Of a stretch of DNA of 64,000 nt, positions 26,801 through 39,939 are shown in pieces (position 1 is the first letter of the stretch; every line of letters starts with the position of its first letter). The DNA is from Botryllus schlosseri (Eukaryota). Under the pieces are notes generated by a model. The model was not told where the DNA came from, ran no database searches, and saw only the letters and a list, made by a program, of their open reading frames with translations. The stretch covers positions 25,358,001 through 25,422,000 of the forward strand of contig CM119374.1 in assembly GCA_051294905.1 (NCBI GenBank). The letters run 5' to 3'. Made by a program: the position numbers and the translations under genes.

Positions 26801-27755
26801 CACGTTACTTCGGCAATCCGCAACCGATTAGAATCGGTGGTATGATTATTTGTACCATTATGTCAGCTCGCTATGACGACGGATGTGGGACTAACGGGTG
26901 CTGTCTAACATTAATATTCTTACACAAATGTGATCGATAATATTTTTGTCTGATTAACAACATACCTATTTCAGTAGCGAATATATCGTCAATGACGGCT
27001 GTCAATTTTCACACAGTAGGCTACATGCTGGATGTCATTACTGAGTGAATCAAGCAAGATATGGGATACCACTATACTTTTAGGTATAGTCCCATTAAGA
27101 AATCTGCAAGATTGATAGTCTGGACTCCAGACCAGAATATGGAGGTACTCATGTGACGATTACAATATTTCAGATGTTAGCATTTTTAATTGCCAATAAC
27201 GAGATGCAAAGCTGCGGTTGCATGACTGGCTATTCACTATGACTATACTATTAACTAGCCAAGAGATGACAATCAACAAGGTTGCAACAATTGAGACCAT
27301 CCCTTTACTACAAAAATGGCGAACTTTACTTCAATTCTTATGAATATGGGGAAGCTTTCTATACTCGAAGCTTTCTGCAAGGAAGAACATTCGTCACCCG
27401 GAAAATTCAGCAACAGGGCTTTCTCTTCCATATAAAAGCATTTATCGACAAACATGGATATACAAATTTATAACGTAACTTACCACTTCAGTTCCCCGCC
27501 TTTCCTCCACACGATGGTATGAAGAGTTTCCATTCCGACCAAAGAAATGCAGAACAGCAACGACCAGTATGATTCGTCATTTAATGCCAAAGTCACTCTC
27601 CAGACCACCAGGAATGTGTACAACGCATACAGTGATCTTGCTATGATAACTTTGATGATTTTCTCAAAGGTTACCAGAAAGGTCTTTATCGTTGGTCCGG
27701 ATATCACACCACAAGGTGTAGTGTATTCCTTCTCCAAGAGGCCACAACAGCACAT
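23863..27755 (-). CDS. TMEM26: TMEM26 paralog A, 559 aa; exons 27755-27484, 26778-26640, 25361-25170, 24939-23863
   Basis: Canonical splice sites, phases 2,0,0, 1680-nt CDS. Motifs IARSLY..VWRVT..YW..ETLHTIVWRKGGELKW|VTPSVFFYL..VPSIWLLEL, GKWIAPKGELSRDELSQLLLVYLGTGADIME, IWSWSLLQF and QDGPFLITRL..FFTFKN match TMEM26. Confidence 0.93.
25527..26577. mobile_element. hAT element in intron 2 of TMEM26-A, possibly with a nested piece at ~25726-26438
   Basis: TIR CAGGGGTGGGCAAAC / GTTTGCCCACCTCTG; perfect TSD GTATAACC; an internal second right end ..TTTGAGAACCACTG at 26438. Confidence 0.9.
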
Positions 27756-29309
27756 TGTGGCTTTACACAGACCTTATTGTTAAATTCCACTTAGCAATTA
27801 TTTATGCGACAGTGACTGATTATGCTGAAGACACATCCGTGGTTAAGCAATGGGCTATGTCGATCGATTTGAAGCTTTTTCTTCGGCAATGCCATTTCAC
27901 TAACTACTTGCTACAATATTTCATGCTCGGCGATCAAATATAAAATAGATATGCTAACAATGGATTGGTATTGTTAGAAACTAGGTACAATTATTTATCC
28001 TTTGCATTGAACGACAGGGTGTTGGCTATCCGGAGCCAAGTGCATCAACTTAATGACAGTGAAAACGGCCTTGAAATATAGTAGCCTTAGTTATTGTAGA
28101 CTATATATTGCGATAGTGACTTAGCAACGAGTTATTTGCATCGCAACCGCAGATTAAGAGTCTCTGTCTTTGGTTTTCATGTCGGCGCAAACATCGCGCG
28201 AGCATCGATATTAGCTAAGACCCCTTTTCTAATCTTCATGTTGAAAGGACAATGTGATAGACATAGTTATAGATAACTAATTACTTCCTAACTAACGCCA
28301 ATAAGCAAACTGCTATGGCACTTATGTTATAGGAACTAGAATAAATAATTCTTCGAAAAACAGGTTTTGTAATTAGGAACCTGAATCCAGACTAGTACAT
28401 TGGCGATCGCAAAATATCAAGCCATTGAAGTCACGTACGATACCGTCACCTCAGAACAAGACACATTAACCGTACCGTGTCCTCAATCTACACACAATAC
28501 AGCTCGCGTTCTACTTAATTTGAGGACGAATCAGTATAGGTATTAGTGGCGTTGTCACACACTCTGCTACGATGCAAACATGTTTATACAAGACTCTGGA
28601 CTCTCTTTCAATCAACTGTAATAGTCATTGATGTCCTCGAATCGGATTATAACTTTCCAGAGCAACCTCTATACACGCCCGATCCATTTTCACTGCTAGG
28701 GCCATTAACAAGTACATCCTATACTACTACACGAGGCCTGAGTGGCCATATCGTGAATTTCTCACCCCCTACCGAGAATACTTATTGTCCTTATTTCCAT
28801 GGCGTTATCGTGATCCGACATCAAATGTTCCAACATGTTTTTACAATTTTTTATTGTGTCACAGCGACGAAATTCCACTCAGTAGAGTTGACCCTAAAGG
28901 ACAAAGAAAATTGACAAATGTCATGAAGTCTACTTCGTATCAAGATAAACTTTCTGTTGTAACTCGGGGACGCGCTGTCGAATTAACTAATGGTATATTT
29001 CCGAGAAGTAATAGAAGGCGACATTATCTGATGCATACCGTCAACAGTCATGGTTTATTTCTATTGTGACTGTTTATTGACATAGGTCTCTTGTACAAAT
29101 AGGATATCATCTAACAGTAGGCTTCGAGCTGGCTTTTTCCATAACTCTTACAGCGATGTAGATGGACTTGCCTTGAGAACGTCCACACGACGAATCGCAC
29201 AAAAGCTATTCTCGGGGACGGGAAAATGCTCATTCGGTGGTTCCACCGCCACCATATAGTAACCTAATGAGAACAACATTTTCGATGAAAAATAAGCAAT
29301 TACAGTAAT

Positions 29310-29440
29310 ATAGCTGGTGACGAGATAGTGTATTAATACATTCCGCAATTGTAACATTAATTGCATGGTGGCAGCCACTAGTTCGACCACGGCCGCGGTC
29401 GACTCCGGAATTTCTACCTATGTGTTGGAGGTTCAGCTGT
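29310..29440 (+). mobile_element. SINE family A, copy 2 (degenerate)
   Basis: ..CGAGATAG..TAGTTCGACCACGGCCGCGGTCGACTCCGGAATTTCTACC..TGTTGGAGGTT aligns with the other copies. Confidence 0.6.
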
Positions 29441-29520
29441 AGACTCAGTAGATCAGTATAGAATAGAGCAAGAATCATAGTGAAGAATATTGGCCTGATG
29501 GAAAATTACGAATGTAGTTG

Positions 29521-29568
29521 AAACACCACCACCACCACAAACAACACCAGCAACACCACCAACAACGG
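29521..29568. repeat. Imperfect (CAC/CAA)n microsatellite
   Basis: aaacaccaccaccaccacaaacaacaccagcaacaccaccaacaac read directly. Confidence 0.75.
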
Positions 29569-29581
29569 ATATGGCTCATCT

Positions 29582-29949
29582 CAGACTTGGACAACTAGAA
29601 AATTTTCTGGTTTTCCGAATTAGATTAGAATTAGTATTAGAGCTACACGGTTTTTCCAAATTAGATTAGCATTAGAATTAGAGCTACACAGCTTTTTCCA
29701 AATTAGATTAAAATTAGAATTAGAGCTACTATAAGGTTTTTCCAAATTGCATTAGAATTAGAATTAGAGCTAAGCTTTTTCCAAATTAGATTAGAATTAG
29801 AATTAGAGCTACTTAGTTCGCAAAAACTTGGAAATTGAATGAAATTGTATATGTGAAATGAATACAGCAAAATTCAGTTCATATCAAATCACAGCGCGTG
29901 GTGCAAAAATCCGTCAGGCGATAAGCGCCACATATTTTTGTTTAATAAA

Positions 29950-29991
<42 letters not shown>

Positions 29992-30499
29992 ATTCCCATA
30001 ACCATGAGAATGGTTAACTTCTGTACACCGAGCTTGGCTCGATTTTTACTATACTTCAATAAAATATTACTTCTTATGGTAACCATGGGCATCGCCCATG
30101 TTAGTCAGAACGGCGATGTACTAACGTAAAGTTTTAAAAACTAGAATGTTGTTCGCAGACTACAAGCTACTCTAGCAGGCTATTATTCGTCATAATATCT
30201 ACTATGACTGCACGGTGTGATTAAGGCGATGGCGGCTTGGCACTGGATTTCCCTGCGCAAGAGGGATATTCTTCTTAACTCACTGCAATAGTGCAATATG
30301 CCTCGGACAAAGAGGTATTTTCAGGAAAACAATAATTAGATTGGAACTAGAATTAGAGAATTTGGACATTTCACAAATTAGATTAGAATTAAAATTAGAG
30401 AATGGAAACATTTCACAAATTAGATTAGAATTAGATTACTGGCATTTCGCACTAATTTAGTGAAATTAGACAGCTAAAATATCTAGTTGTCCAAGTCTG
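29582..30499. mobile_element. hAT MITE with ATTAGA-rich tandem arrays, copy 1
   Basis: Perfect 17-bp TIR CAGACTTGGACAACTAG / CTAGTTGTCCAAGTCTG; TSD gctcatct / ggtcatat (6/8); highly similar to 53684-54626; expanded (CAA)n near 29950-29987. Confidence 0.92.
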
Positions 30500-31200
30500 G
30501 GTCATATGATGAGGTTGACTATTGGTGCAGGGGTGTGGCATCTTTTCATGTGTGATCTTTCAATCAAACTTGCTTTTAACATGAGTAAAATATACAAACC
30601 AATGATTTATTAAAGTGTGCCTCAAGCCGATTTATCACAGCCGAATCTAAGCGATATAACGTCGCGTAGTCCCTGTATAGCTGGAGTGAAAGTCTATGCG
30701 ATTATATCGCGAGAGTATAGTTTGACAACTCCACATCGCTAAACATTGTTACAGGACAATATATTGACTGGTGATCATATTATGCGATATATCATCAAAG
30801 AGACGCGATCGTTCAAATTTGCTGGCCCGTTATCTAACCGTTTTCAAGAGGAATGATCCGAATCGCAAAAGGTGTAAATATGAAAGCACACACGTGCGAT
30901 ACCGCCATATCTGACAAAACTTTCACACGGCTAGTCCAGAACCACATTGTACTTAGCGTGGCTTTGCATTAACAGTAGTTTCTGATAATGGACATCGAAG
31001 TATGAACAATTGAACATTGTTGGTGGTAGAGCCTCACATTGTTGGGGGAACTCTCGTTCACGTGAAGTCTACGTCGTGGATAACGAAATATATCCTAATG
31101 TAACTCTCAATGGTGGGATGGACCGACACTTGAATTACGCGCCCCTACAAGCGCGATTCCTTCAGCGCTCCTTATTCGGGCTTGGACTTCACTTGGAAAT

Positions 31201-31568
31201 TAGTGCGGAGCGGATCGACAAATTCTCTGGTCAGGCTCCGATCCGGCTCCGGCCGTATCAGGAAAAAGTAATGATCCGACTCCGATCCGGCTCCGGCCAC
31301 AAATGAAAAAGTCCTGCCGGAAATCCGGCCCAACACGGTTGCTCGATTCTTTTCGCACTGGATTGGCAGTTACTTGCGTGTTGTTGGTTGGTAGTTATTT
31401 AGTTACAAACGTCATGCTTATCCATAAAGATTATGGCCTTATCAAAAGAGTACTGATCCGGCTCGGGCCGTATCCGAAAAAAGTACTGGTCCGCTCCGAT
31501 CCGGTCCGGCCAAAATTGAAAAAATCCGGCCGGATATCCAATCCGGCTCCGGTCCATGCTCCGCACTA
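31201..31568. mobile_element. hAT MITE with GATCCGGCTCCGG subterminal repeats
   Basis: TIR TAGTGCGGAGC / GCTCCGCACTA; TSD ttggaaat / gtggaaat (7/8). Confidence 0.88.
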
Positions 31569-32321
31569 GTGGAAATATTTCGTGCTGGAAGCGACAATAC
31601 ACTAATTAACGACCTAATCATTGTATATGTACTAAGGGATCAAATCAAAGTTGTTATTACAACTATCGCCACTTTTCAGATTTAGACACGCCGTTTGCTG
31701 TAAGATACAGGATACAAGATGCTAGAAACATTATGTTGGGACAATCCCTATCTTGTGTGATAGAACGGCCCTCTTCAAAATCCGAATCGGCCACTGGGGG
31801 ACGCTAGCGTTCAGGTTAAGAACCACTGTTTTAACCGATCTCTAAACAGCTTTGGTCTTCTGTACAGTATGGATCTCTGTGGGTATATCTTAGATATCTA
31901 GCCTCTGTCTTACGTATGTGAATAGTATGGTTAGTCGCAATGCACCATCATCGATCTGTCTTATACAATCATGCCCGTGATCAGGACAATTTCTGCAGGT
32001 TACCGTTCATTGAATAACCATTTTAATTAAATATGTGAAGTGAGCTTAATAATTGAACTAATCGGTGGGGCTATTTTAAAAAAATGCCGGAGGACGCGAC
32101 GTAACGAAAGCAAATGACGTCACGATACATACGTAGGAAATTTGCAGGGTCAAACATGTCCGCATTCCGTCTCTTAACAGCGCCACTGCATAATATAATC
32201 ATATGTAGCCAAGAAACATCAGTAATATATTACTACGATGTAGAAAGTACATATAGTCTAAGGCTTTTTGATATACTGTGAACTTGAAGATCCACTTTAT
32301 GCCGACTGAATTTTCTGCCGC

Positions 32322-32670
32322 TGCAGAAATGGGGCAATTGGGTTTTGTGTTCGCGATCGAATATGACGATTACAGCACTTTCAAGTGATTTTAATCGCAA
32401 TCAACTGCAATCGCAAAAATGGGAAGTGATCCTGATCGCCATCGATTATCATTTCACGTATCTAATCGACTTCTTTGTGAAAGAACGCTTACTAAACTCT
32501 CTACTTTTGTGAGTATAGCCTACTATGACATAAATTGAACGTTCGTGGACGACGAATAATGCGTTATATCAGGGTATTGTAAGTAGAAAACCGGGTTTTT
32601 AGATTCCACTGCATATTATTACAAGTCAAGTATTAGCTGTGCTGATCATTTGCTGACGAATTATCCAGAC
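32322..32670 (+). mobile_element. Decayed repeat related to 60797-61140
   Basis: Shared segments (gattacagca.tttc.agt, aatcga.ttctttgtgaaagaacg.ttact, tgacataaa.tgaac..tcgtg); also a weak match near 20990-21070. Confidence 0.55.
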
Positions 32671-32707
32671 ATATATATATATTATATTTATATATATATA
32701 TATATAT
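32671..32707. repeat. (TA)n microsatellite
   Basis: Read directly. Confidence 0.9.
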
Positions 32708-33925
32708 TTACCTATTAGGCTACTTTGGGAGACAATCGTACTTATTTTTGTGGCAGTTGGGGGACGATAAAAATTGGGAGACAATTTTGTGTCCCCCTAA
32801 TTCTTGGCGACATTTTTCCCTCAGTTTTTATCGTCTGTCAAGCAAATCCGCTTGGGACCACGGTTATTGGTCCCTCATTTGTCCCTTACAAAAGAAATCA
32901 AGACAGGAAGTAGCAGGAATTTCGAGTTACAATGGCGACATTTTGACCCCTGTATAAACCCCGTATTTTGAAAAGTGGCATTAAGTCGACAACCAATAGG
33001 GGGGATTTTCTTCCACTTTTCGCGTGTATAAAATGACACCGCTTTGCATACATGATAGTTTTTGCTTTGGAATTACTCAGTTAAGAGCATTCCCGTATAT
33101 ATAGGGATTTTTAGCCTTTATACACTGTGTTAAAAAATGGCGACATAAAAAATGCTGACTACCATTGAGATGACTCGACATAAAGTCTAGTTGCGATCTT
33201 GGTAGACGCCGCGGGTCGTACGATTTTAATGTCGACTCCTAATATTGGGCCCTTATTAGCTCTTAGCAAAGGCGAAAAGGCATTATATCATTGTTACATG
33301 TTGTTGTTTAACACGCGTGATACATATTGTTAAAAAGAATCACTGCTTTGCCTTAATATAACTCCATCAAATATATGTCTTGGTTATAGCATGATAAATA
33401 TTCTGTAGTATGTCCCGCACCCGATATGTCGAGCTGATAGGTCGTTGATTTACTTGTGTCAAGACCGCTTGAAGATGCTCTGTCAGTTGCGAGTGGAAGG
33501 CATATACTTTATGTCAGTGATTATCAACCTTTCTGTCTTTGCAGACCCCTTTTGGACCGTCGCGAGCCTCCGCGGACCCCCTACTTTTATTTCTAATTTA
33601 GCTCAAATTATTGTTTCCGCTCAAGCCAGACAATGTACAATGCGGTAGAAAAGATGCATTGCGACATATTGAACAGAATGGATAATGCTGAAACTACCAA
33701 GCACGGTCTTCAATCTAGCATCCATCTCGGCCTAACAATAGCCAAGGTGATTGGCTTCTATTTTGATCTCTTCAGCTGCGTTTCAGTTGCCTGTCCTTGC
33801 AATTCACTGTTCACTTTCCTGGCATTCACAAATCCATGTCTTTGTCGAAGGATTAGCCCAGATAAACCGAGGAGCGTTGTTGCTCTGATCGTACAAATAA
33901 GAAAGGATTCCCTTGCAAATGCTCA

Positions 33926-33962
33926 AGAGAGAGCGAGAGTGAAAGAGAGAGAGTGAGAGAGG
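33926..33962. repeat. GA-rich simple repeat
   Basis: aagagagagcgagagtgaaagagagagagtgagagagg. Confidence 0.7.
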
Positions 33963-34002
33963 AAGCGAACAAACTTATTTTTATCCCAACCAGCGGATAC
34001 CG

Positions 34003-34097
34003 TGGATACCAGTTTTCGAATCTTAGGTCTCACCCGCCCGGAGATTGAACCCATGATTTACAGATCAAAAAGAGGCGCGCAGCACTGCTACGCTACC
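34003..34097 (-). mobile_element. tRNA-derived SINE head, family B
   Basis: Reverse complement GGTAGCGTAGCAGTG (box A-like)..GGGTTCAATCTCC (box B-like)..GAGACCTAAGATTCGAAAACTGGTATCC; no intact cloverleaf. Confidence 0.55.
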
Positions 34098-37000
34098 CCT
34101 CCCCCCGTTTCTGCCATCAATTCCGCCACACACAGATAATCCTATCCCACTTGGGAGGGGGTGCCGAAGGGTGTCGAAAATTATTTCGTGGAAGAACATT
34201 AATGATACGCTGTATATTTGAAATTTTTGCAACTTTTTAATCTTTCTCGCGCTTGGCGCGATTTCATGTAGATAAATGTTTTGATTATCAGGCACCCTTC
34301 CTCCACGATAAATACGCATCAGTTATGGAAGTAGGCATTTATGCGTTGGCCATTAACACGCCACGATGTAAGAAGACATATGAAGTTTGGGTCAACATTG
34401 GTCTCTGAGAAGTGTGCCAAAAAGATCGTCAGCGAGAAAGCATTATCCGAACAGGATTGCCCTTATGTAGACCGTAAACTTCGGTATAAAAATGTTTTGT
34501 CCGGGTGATTAAATTGCTGGCGCTGAATATTCATGTCGTGACAATCTGGACCTCACAGGACAAATGACATCCCATCCCAAATTATTGTTTGACAGTGAAG
34601 AAATACCAATTTTGAATCGTGTGCTTTTTTAGTTTAGTAGCCTACATCTAGGTGAGTTCAATATCTTTTGATTACATAGCGAACATGAAGTCAAGAAATA
34701 ACAACATGTAGCTAAGTAATTTCACCAACGGGCCCGCCCGAATATGTTCAATTATTAATTACGTGCCCTGAATATTCCTAGACAATATCTCACTCAGCTC
34801 TACAGGTAAATATGATTACGTGGACTGAGATGATAGAAAATTTATAGCAATATATACGCAATTATCAATACTATTGACCGAATCAATCATTAATTCCTCA
34901 AAAATTTTACATGGTCGCATCGAAGTGGAAATTGCATAGGTCAAAAGTGCTACATTCGGTCAAAGTGGCGATCACCAGATAGATATAGGATTCTTAATTG
35001 TATCAATGGGAGGCGTGATGCTATGTAACAGTCAGTGGATTTATGGCTTTTTCCTATACAAGAATAATATATTTCTCTGAACGCAGTAGTCAACGCAGAT
35101 GAATATAAAATGTGATCTAATATAGCTGCGGGTGTAATCATCCCCTCTCCGCATCCACACCAATTTCGTTTTTGATCGAAAAATCGAGCTCGTTTATTCG
35201 TCATCACATACACGGATAGAATGATTCTGCAAAGCTAACCTAAACAAATAATGATGATCAGGCTGAAATGTGGCGAGATAGGATTGAAAAGCAGCCAAGT
35301 GCAAATAGTAAATTAGTTGACTTGTTTGGCATTTCATAACGTCACAATGCTGCGACAGGAGAATGTCAAATCAAACAGCTATCAAACATATTGTGGTATC
35401 AGCTATATAAATACTCAGAGTGTCGGATTCGCATGAAGCGCCGGCTACAAAGCTCAGTATAGGCTTCAAACCCACAATCCTACATTATATGCGTTACATT
35501 AATACTTTCCATGGGTACAGATATTTTAGTTTCCTTATATTAAAACAAGGTAAGAAGCAGTCTGATTCGGGTATCGATTACGGCCCCCGTCTGTTCAAGT
35601 CAAGGCAAGGGCAACATTACATATATTGAATGACTGATGTCGAATTGATCAGAGGGTATAACGTCATCATCGCTGCTCATTATGGCAGACTAGGGAGTGA
35701 TATTCACATTTGCGTCTGGTTATAATGAAGCCTCCGCAGGCACTTATCGGTCACGCATTGAACAGAATTGCGTGACGGCAAATTCATTGGAGTGTCTTCC
35801 CAGCTACCTTAACGTCTCGATTGTTTGCAGTGGCTGAAAAACAAGGCAGCGATGTAATGCCAAATTGTTAACTACATGCACAGTACACACGTTTGGAGAT
35901 GATACACAACTCCAGTAAATTGCAAAACAAAAATGCAACATGATTAGTTGCCTCATCAAGATTGAGCTTTACAATAGGCCACACACTGAATTTTACAACG
36001 AATCAATAAAACGAAAAAGCAGATGTTATCGTAACTATATGCTCCCTCACACAGCGTTTAAATACGATTTATCAATATCAATATTTATCAGTATCTAGTT
36101 GAAATATTTGAAATTAATCGGGAAACAATATAAAGTTAACGTTACGCGATCAAAATATTCTCAGATATATTGAGCGGGCAGTCAACATCTTACTAACTGA
36201 GTTATGTGAACACGTTATCAAGGAGGATTCTGAATCCGTTGCTACTGACATAGACGTTTAAAAATGTATCAGAAAGCGCGTTACGAAGTGAAAATCTATT
36301 ACGACATGAATTGAATTAGTGAGGGAGAGATCATAGGCCGCAGTATCCGTTTGGCGACTGTCCTGTCCAGTATTTACCCGTTCGCGTGAAATATAACACA
36401 ACAGAAGAGAAATGCGTTCTATATTCAATACTCACTTATTGTCATGGAAATGGAGTCGGCGTGGCGATCCAAATTTATACGCTATTCTACGCAGAATTCA
36501 GCAGCTATGTGGAATACTCTTCAATACGCAGAACGAATCGTTCGATGAAAACACTGATTGGGAAGTAACTCATTCACGCATGTTTGCATCTTAAACTTTT
36601 CTTATAAGATTCGTGTTTATAGGATTCATGCTAATATACTTGTCATGAAACTTTAGGGCCATGAGGTGCTAATACATCTTCTGCATCATTCTACATCATC
36701 TGCTAGTCCATCGTCCAAAGTAACGTCCATTTACAATAACCTGCTAATACGCTGAAACTAATCTTTCAATCACTCGGTGACAGCGGACATGAGACCTTAT
36801 CAGTTGATGGCACGCAATTGGTCGCGCGTACGTATACAATACTAAAGTCATCGACCTAATTCAACATTTTGAATTGTGCCTATCTCTGTAAGAAAGGCGG
36901 CATGTTAAATTTTTTGTGATACAAGTAGGCTATTCCTAAGCTACTGATCGATCTGTATATTCTGCGAATTCGGTAGCCTTTGGGAGACAAAAACCGACTT

Positions 37001-37559
37001 TTCAAACGCCAATACCGGGCCAACCCCGGGTCCCAAGCCGTTGAATCGGATATCATCGCGTTCAGTTCGACGAGAGGAAAACGGGGATAACTCTGTCGAA
37101 CCCCTAAGACCAGCGGTTGTCGATTGGTATTTTGATCTCTGTTCTGATACCGACGGATCGAAAACCAATTGCGTAACCCGTATTGGCGTACCATCACGGG
37201 TTTTTGGAAGAAAACTTTTTTCTACGCGTCCCAGCCCCATTTCCCGGGCATCGTTGGAATCGTAATCGAATTACGCGTCTGCCGGTACCAAATTTATCCG
37301 GCTACGATATTCGGTTGGCGAGAAATCGGTGATTAAAAAAACTGTGAAAAAAGCGCTATACACTGTTTTTTGAAGGCCGATTCCGAGTCGGCTGAAAGTC
37401 CGATACGATCGTATCGGGTATCGGTCTACGCGGGGCCCGAGGACGAACGCAGCGGTACCTCGTATGGCCCAGTCGTGTGAACGACCGAGACGGAACCTCG
37501 GATAGCCCGCCTATGAAAAACGTGAACTTCTCGGATGATCCACCGATCCAGGATAATCC

Positions 37560-37810
37560 GAGGATTATAATCGAAAAACTCACATAACTCCGCTTCTACT
37601 GGTCGGAATTGAGTCAAATTTGTTTTGCATCGTCTTTGAAAACAGCTCAACAATTTCATGGGGTTGGCAGAAAAATTTGTATTTTTTTTAAATTTTACCT
37701 AATAAATTAAAAATTCTAATTTGATCTGCGGAGTCCTATGCTTGTTAAAATTGAACCGAATTTGGTGTGCAGTGTTTTTTTAGAGTAAGCTGACAATTTA
37801 ATAAGTGAAT
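37560..37810 (+). repeat. Single arm homologous to the 13090-13375 palindrome arm
   Basis: cttctactggtcggaattgagtcaaattt vs cttctactcgctggaattaagtcaacttt; caacaatttcatgg shared; aattgaaccgaatttggtgtgcag vs aattgagctaaaagtggtgcgcag. Confidence 0.6.
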
Positions 37811-38520
37811 GGCTGGAATCCGGAATTATTTTTTATGACATTTATGATGAGTGCGGGATTTGAAGCACAGGCCTGCAGACATGGGTGGAGCCTGGAGCCT
37901 ATTAAATCATATTACGTCGCGTGCAATACCCGGTTACAATGATGATGACCCCATCAAGCGCCAAGGTAATCAAGGAGGTTCGCAATTCGAAATGAAGATA
38001 GGTTGGGATTAGTTTATAGAGGGTTTGACGCTTTGGCCATGTTGATAATTGTAATTATAATTGATCGGGCAGGGTTATTACCCGTAACATTTATGATACC
38101 TTACAAAACGCGTATTCAACGTAGTATTGGCGACAAATATAGCTTTAGTTACGAAATTACACATGAAGGAAATCTATCGGTATCAAGGTCAATAGTACAT
38201 GACTTCACTATTTCGAATCTGGTTTTACTGGTGGATGGCTGCATCAACAAACCCACTCTGACTGTTTTAGTATAGATTAGTGAAGATTCATTCGACTCCG
38301 AGCCGGTAAATCTAGGTTAATGTGTTTCAACTGCGAAAGTATGAACAGTGAGCATAGACGATATCAGATCGATGCGATTCATGAAAGCAATTTTCACGCC
38401 GCAATGTAACGTACCGCAACAATTTTGGTCGTTATTGTTTGATATTCACGGTGCTCGTCTACATTGTTCACATTTTACACCATGCCGATGTTTTTTTATG
38501 CCATATTTACCTTCATAAGA

Positions 38521-38672
38521 CAACGATTACGCGAATGAGATGCTACGTAGAAGCCGAGATAAACCTTTATTACCTTAGTACAAATTCTGGAGTCGACCTC
38601 GGTCGGACCCGAAACCGCAACCAGCTGGTCTTGCGGTTGTGGATTATTCCACTATACGCTATCTCGCCACGC
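38521..38672 (-). mobile_element. SINE family A, copy 3
   Basis: Reverse complement GTGGCGAGATAGCGTATAGTGGAATAATCCACA..GGTTTCGGGTCCGACCGAGGTCGACTCCAGAATT..AGGTTTATCTCGG. Confidence 0.7.
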
Positions 38673-38962
38673 TCTCACTAGCGAGAATGATTGAATTGGA
38701 GATCTAGGCGTGTCTATGAATGAATGCGGCGAATGTTCGGTTAGGTTTGCTGGATTTCCCGCTGCGTAGAAGCCGAGGCCAGTCAAATGGAAATTTCGGT
38801 CATTTTTGAAATAATAGTATTTACGGTGACCAATTTCGTCACACCGACATGACCAAAAATCGTGTTCCATTTATGCCTGAAGAGGCAGGGATGTCTTTTA
38901 GACTTGTTTTGATCTTGACAAGGGCCTACATCGCCAGTAAATGAAAGAAATTGATGACACAT

Positions 38963-39939
38963 ATTAGCTGTAAATTAGTCCACTTCATTGAAATAGACAC
39001 GTTAAAACGATGGTGAGATAATTTTCCAATAGAGTAGTTTACACACTGAAATTCACGACCACAATAAGCACGCAAAATACGGGTAAATATATTTTTCAAG
39101 TGATAGTCAATATCTATATTCTTTATCGGTCCAAGGTGGATTCCTTCACGCTACAATTTGATATTTATGATATTCTATCATTTGCTCTGCAGCACTCCTA
39201 TAGTACTCTTACAGGCGGATTATAAGACTAATTGGCATCGTGACAGATCTTATTCCTATCAAAAGCCATCGTCCTTTTTTCATGTCATCCTCCACATTCG
39301 GTGAATACCATCTAATAACTAATTGTATCCATATATCGTGTTAAATCACCAATGTTTTTTATTACTTTATGACAAGAAGGGGGTTCTGGTGATATTGAAA
39401 GACCAGAAAATATCGAATGTGCTTTATAAGCTCAGTGGGTTACCATTTAGTTTCCCTGAAGCTCGCAAAGTTTCCAGCACATACACAGCTCTAGTATCAA
39501 CGCTTAAGTGAAGTACCATAAATGCTTTTTCAACTCATAAATACCATTCATTGGCATAGCCCATTCTCAATTGCAATCGGCATCATTTACGCCCTGGATC
39601 AGTCAATGTCAAGTGACAGAGAAATATTCGAACGCTGAGTTGCTGAGGAATGCAATTGATGTCTCTGTGGATGAGATTTTAGGAATGGCGACTTTGCAAT
39701 CAGTAAAAACTTCGAATCAAGGCAGAGAGACATCGGTGTGCCCTGTATAACTGGGATTGATTTCATGAAATCTAAATTGGTCCGACAAAAATACATGTTA
39801 CTAATACTGGAGAAATATATTTACCCGTATTTTACCTGCTTGTCAGCTCATTTCATTTTCGTCGTCCTTAATTTCAAAAAATTATCCCACCACCCTTTAA
39901 TGGAGTTATCCTAATGAAGTGGACTAATTTCCAGCTAAT
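38963..39939. mobile_element. Putative non-autonomous DNA transposon with ~70-bp imperfect TIRs
   Basis: ATTAGCTGTAAATTAGTCCACTTCATT at 38963 vs the reverse complement of AATGAAGTGGACTAATTTCCAGCTAAT ending at 39939 (26/27), extending imperfectly to ..GATAATTTT. No clear TSD. Confidence 0.7.

Noticed and set aside
28546-29069. ORFs of 122 and 94 aa upstream of TMEM26-A
   Set aside because: Non-ATG or weak starts, no recognisable domain and no convincing splice partners.
29172-29263. Possible upstream exon of TMEM26-A with a GC donor
   Set aside because: It would be out of frame with the ATG at 27755; it cannot be supported without transcripts.
29600-29820. CRISPR-like or telomeric array
   Set aside because: Contiguous ~39-bp tandem units with no unique spacers, no TTAGGG, and enclosed by TIRs and a TSD.
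29889-30129. Poly-Cys and poly-Gln ORFs
   Set aside because: Translation of a (CAA)n microsatellite inside a MITE.
31010-31602. ORFs 31010-31306, 31303-31569 and 31399-31602
   Set aside because: They arise from the CCGGATCCGG repeats of a hAT MITE.
36386-36594. Two overlapping 60-aa ORFs with a nearby GTAACT donor
   Set aside because: No homology recognised and no partner exons found.
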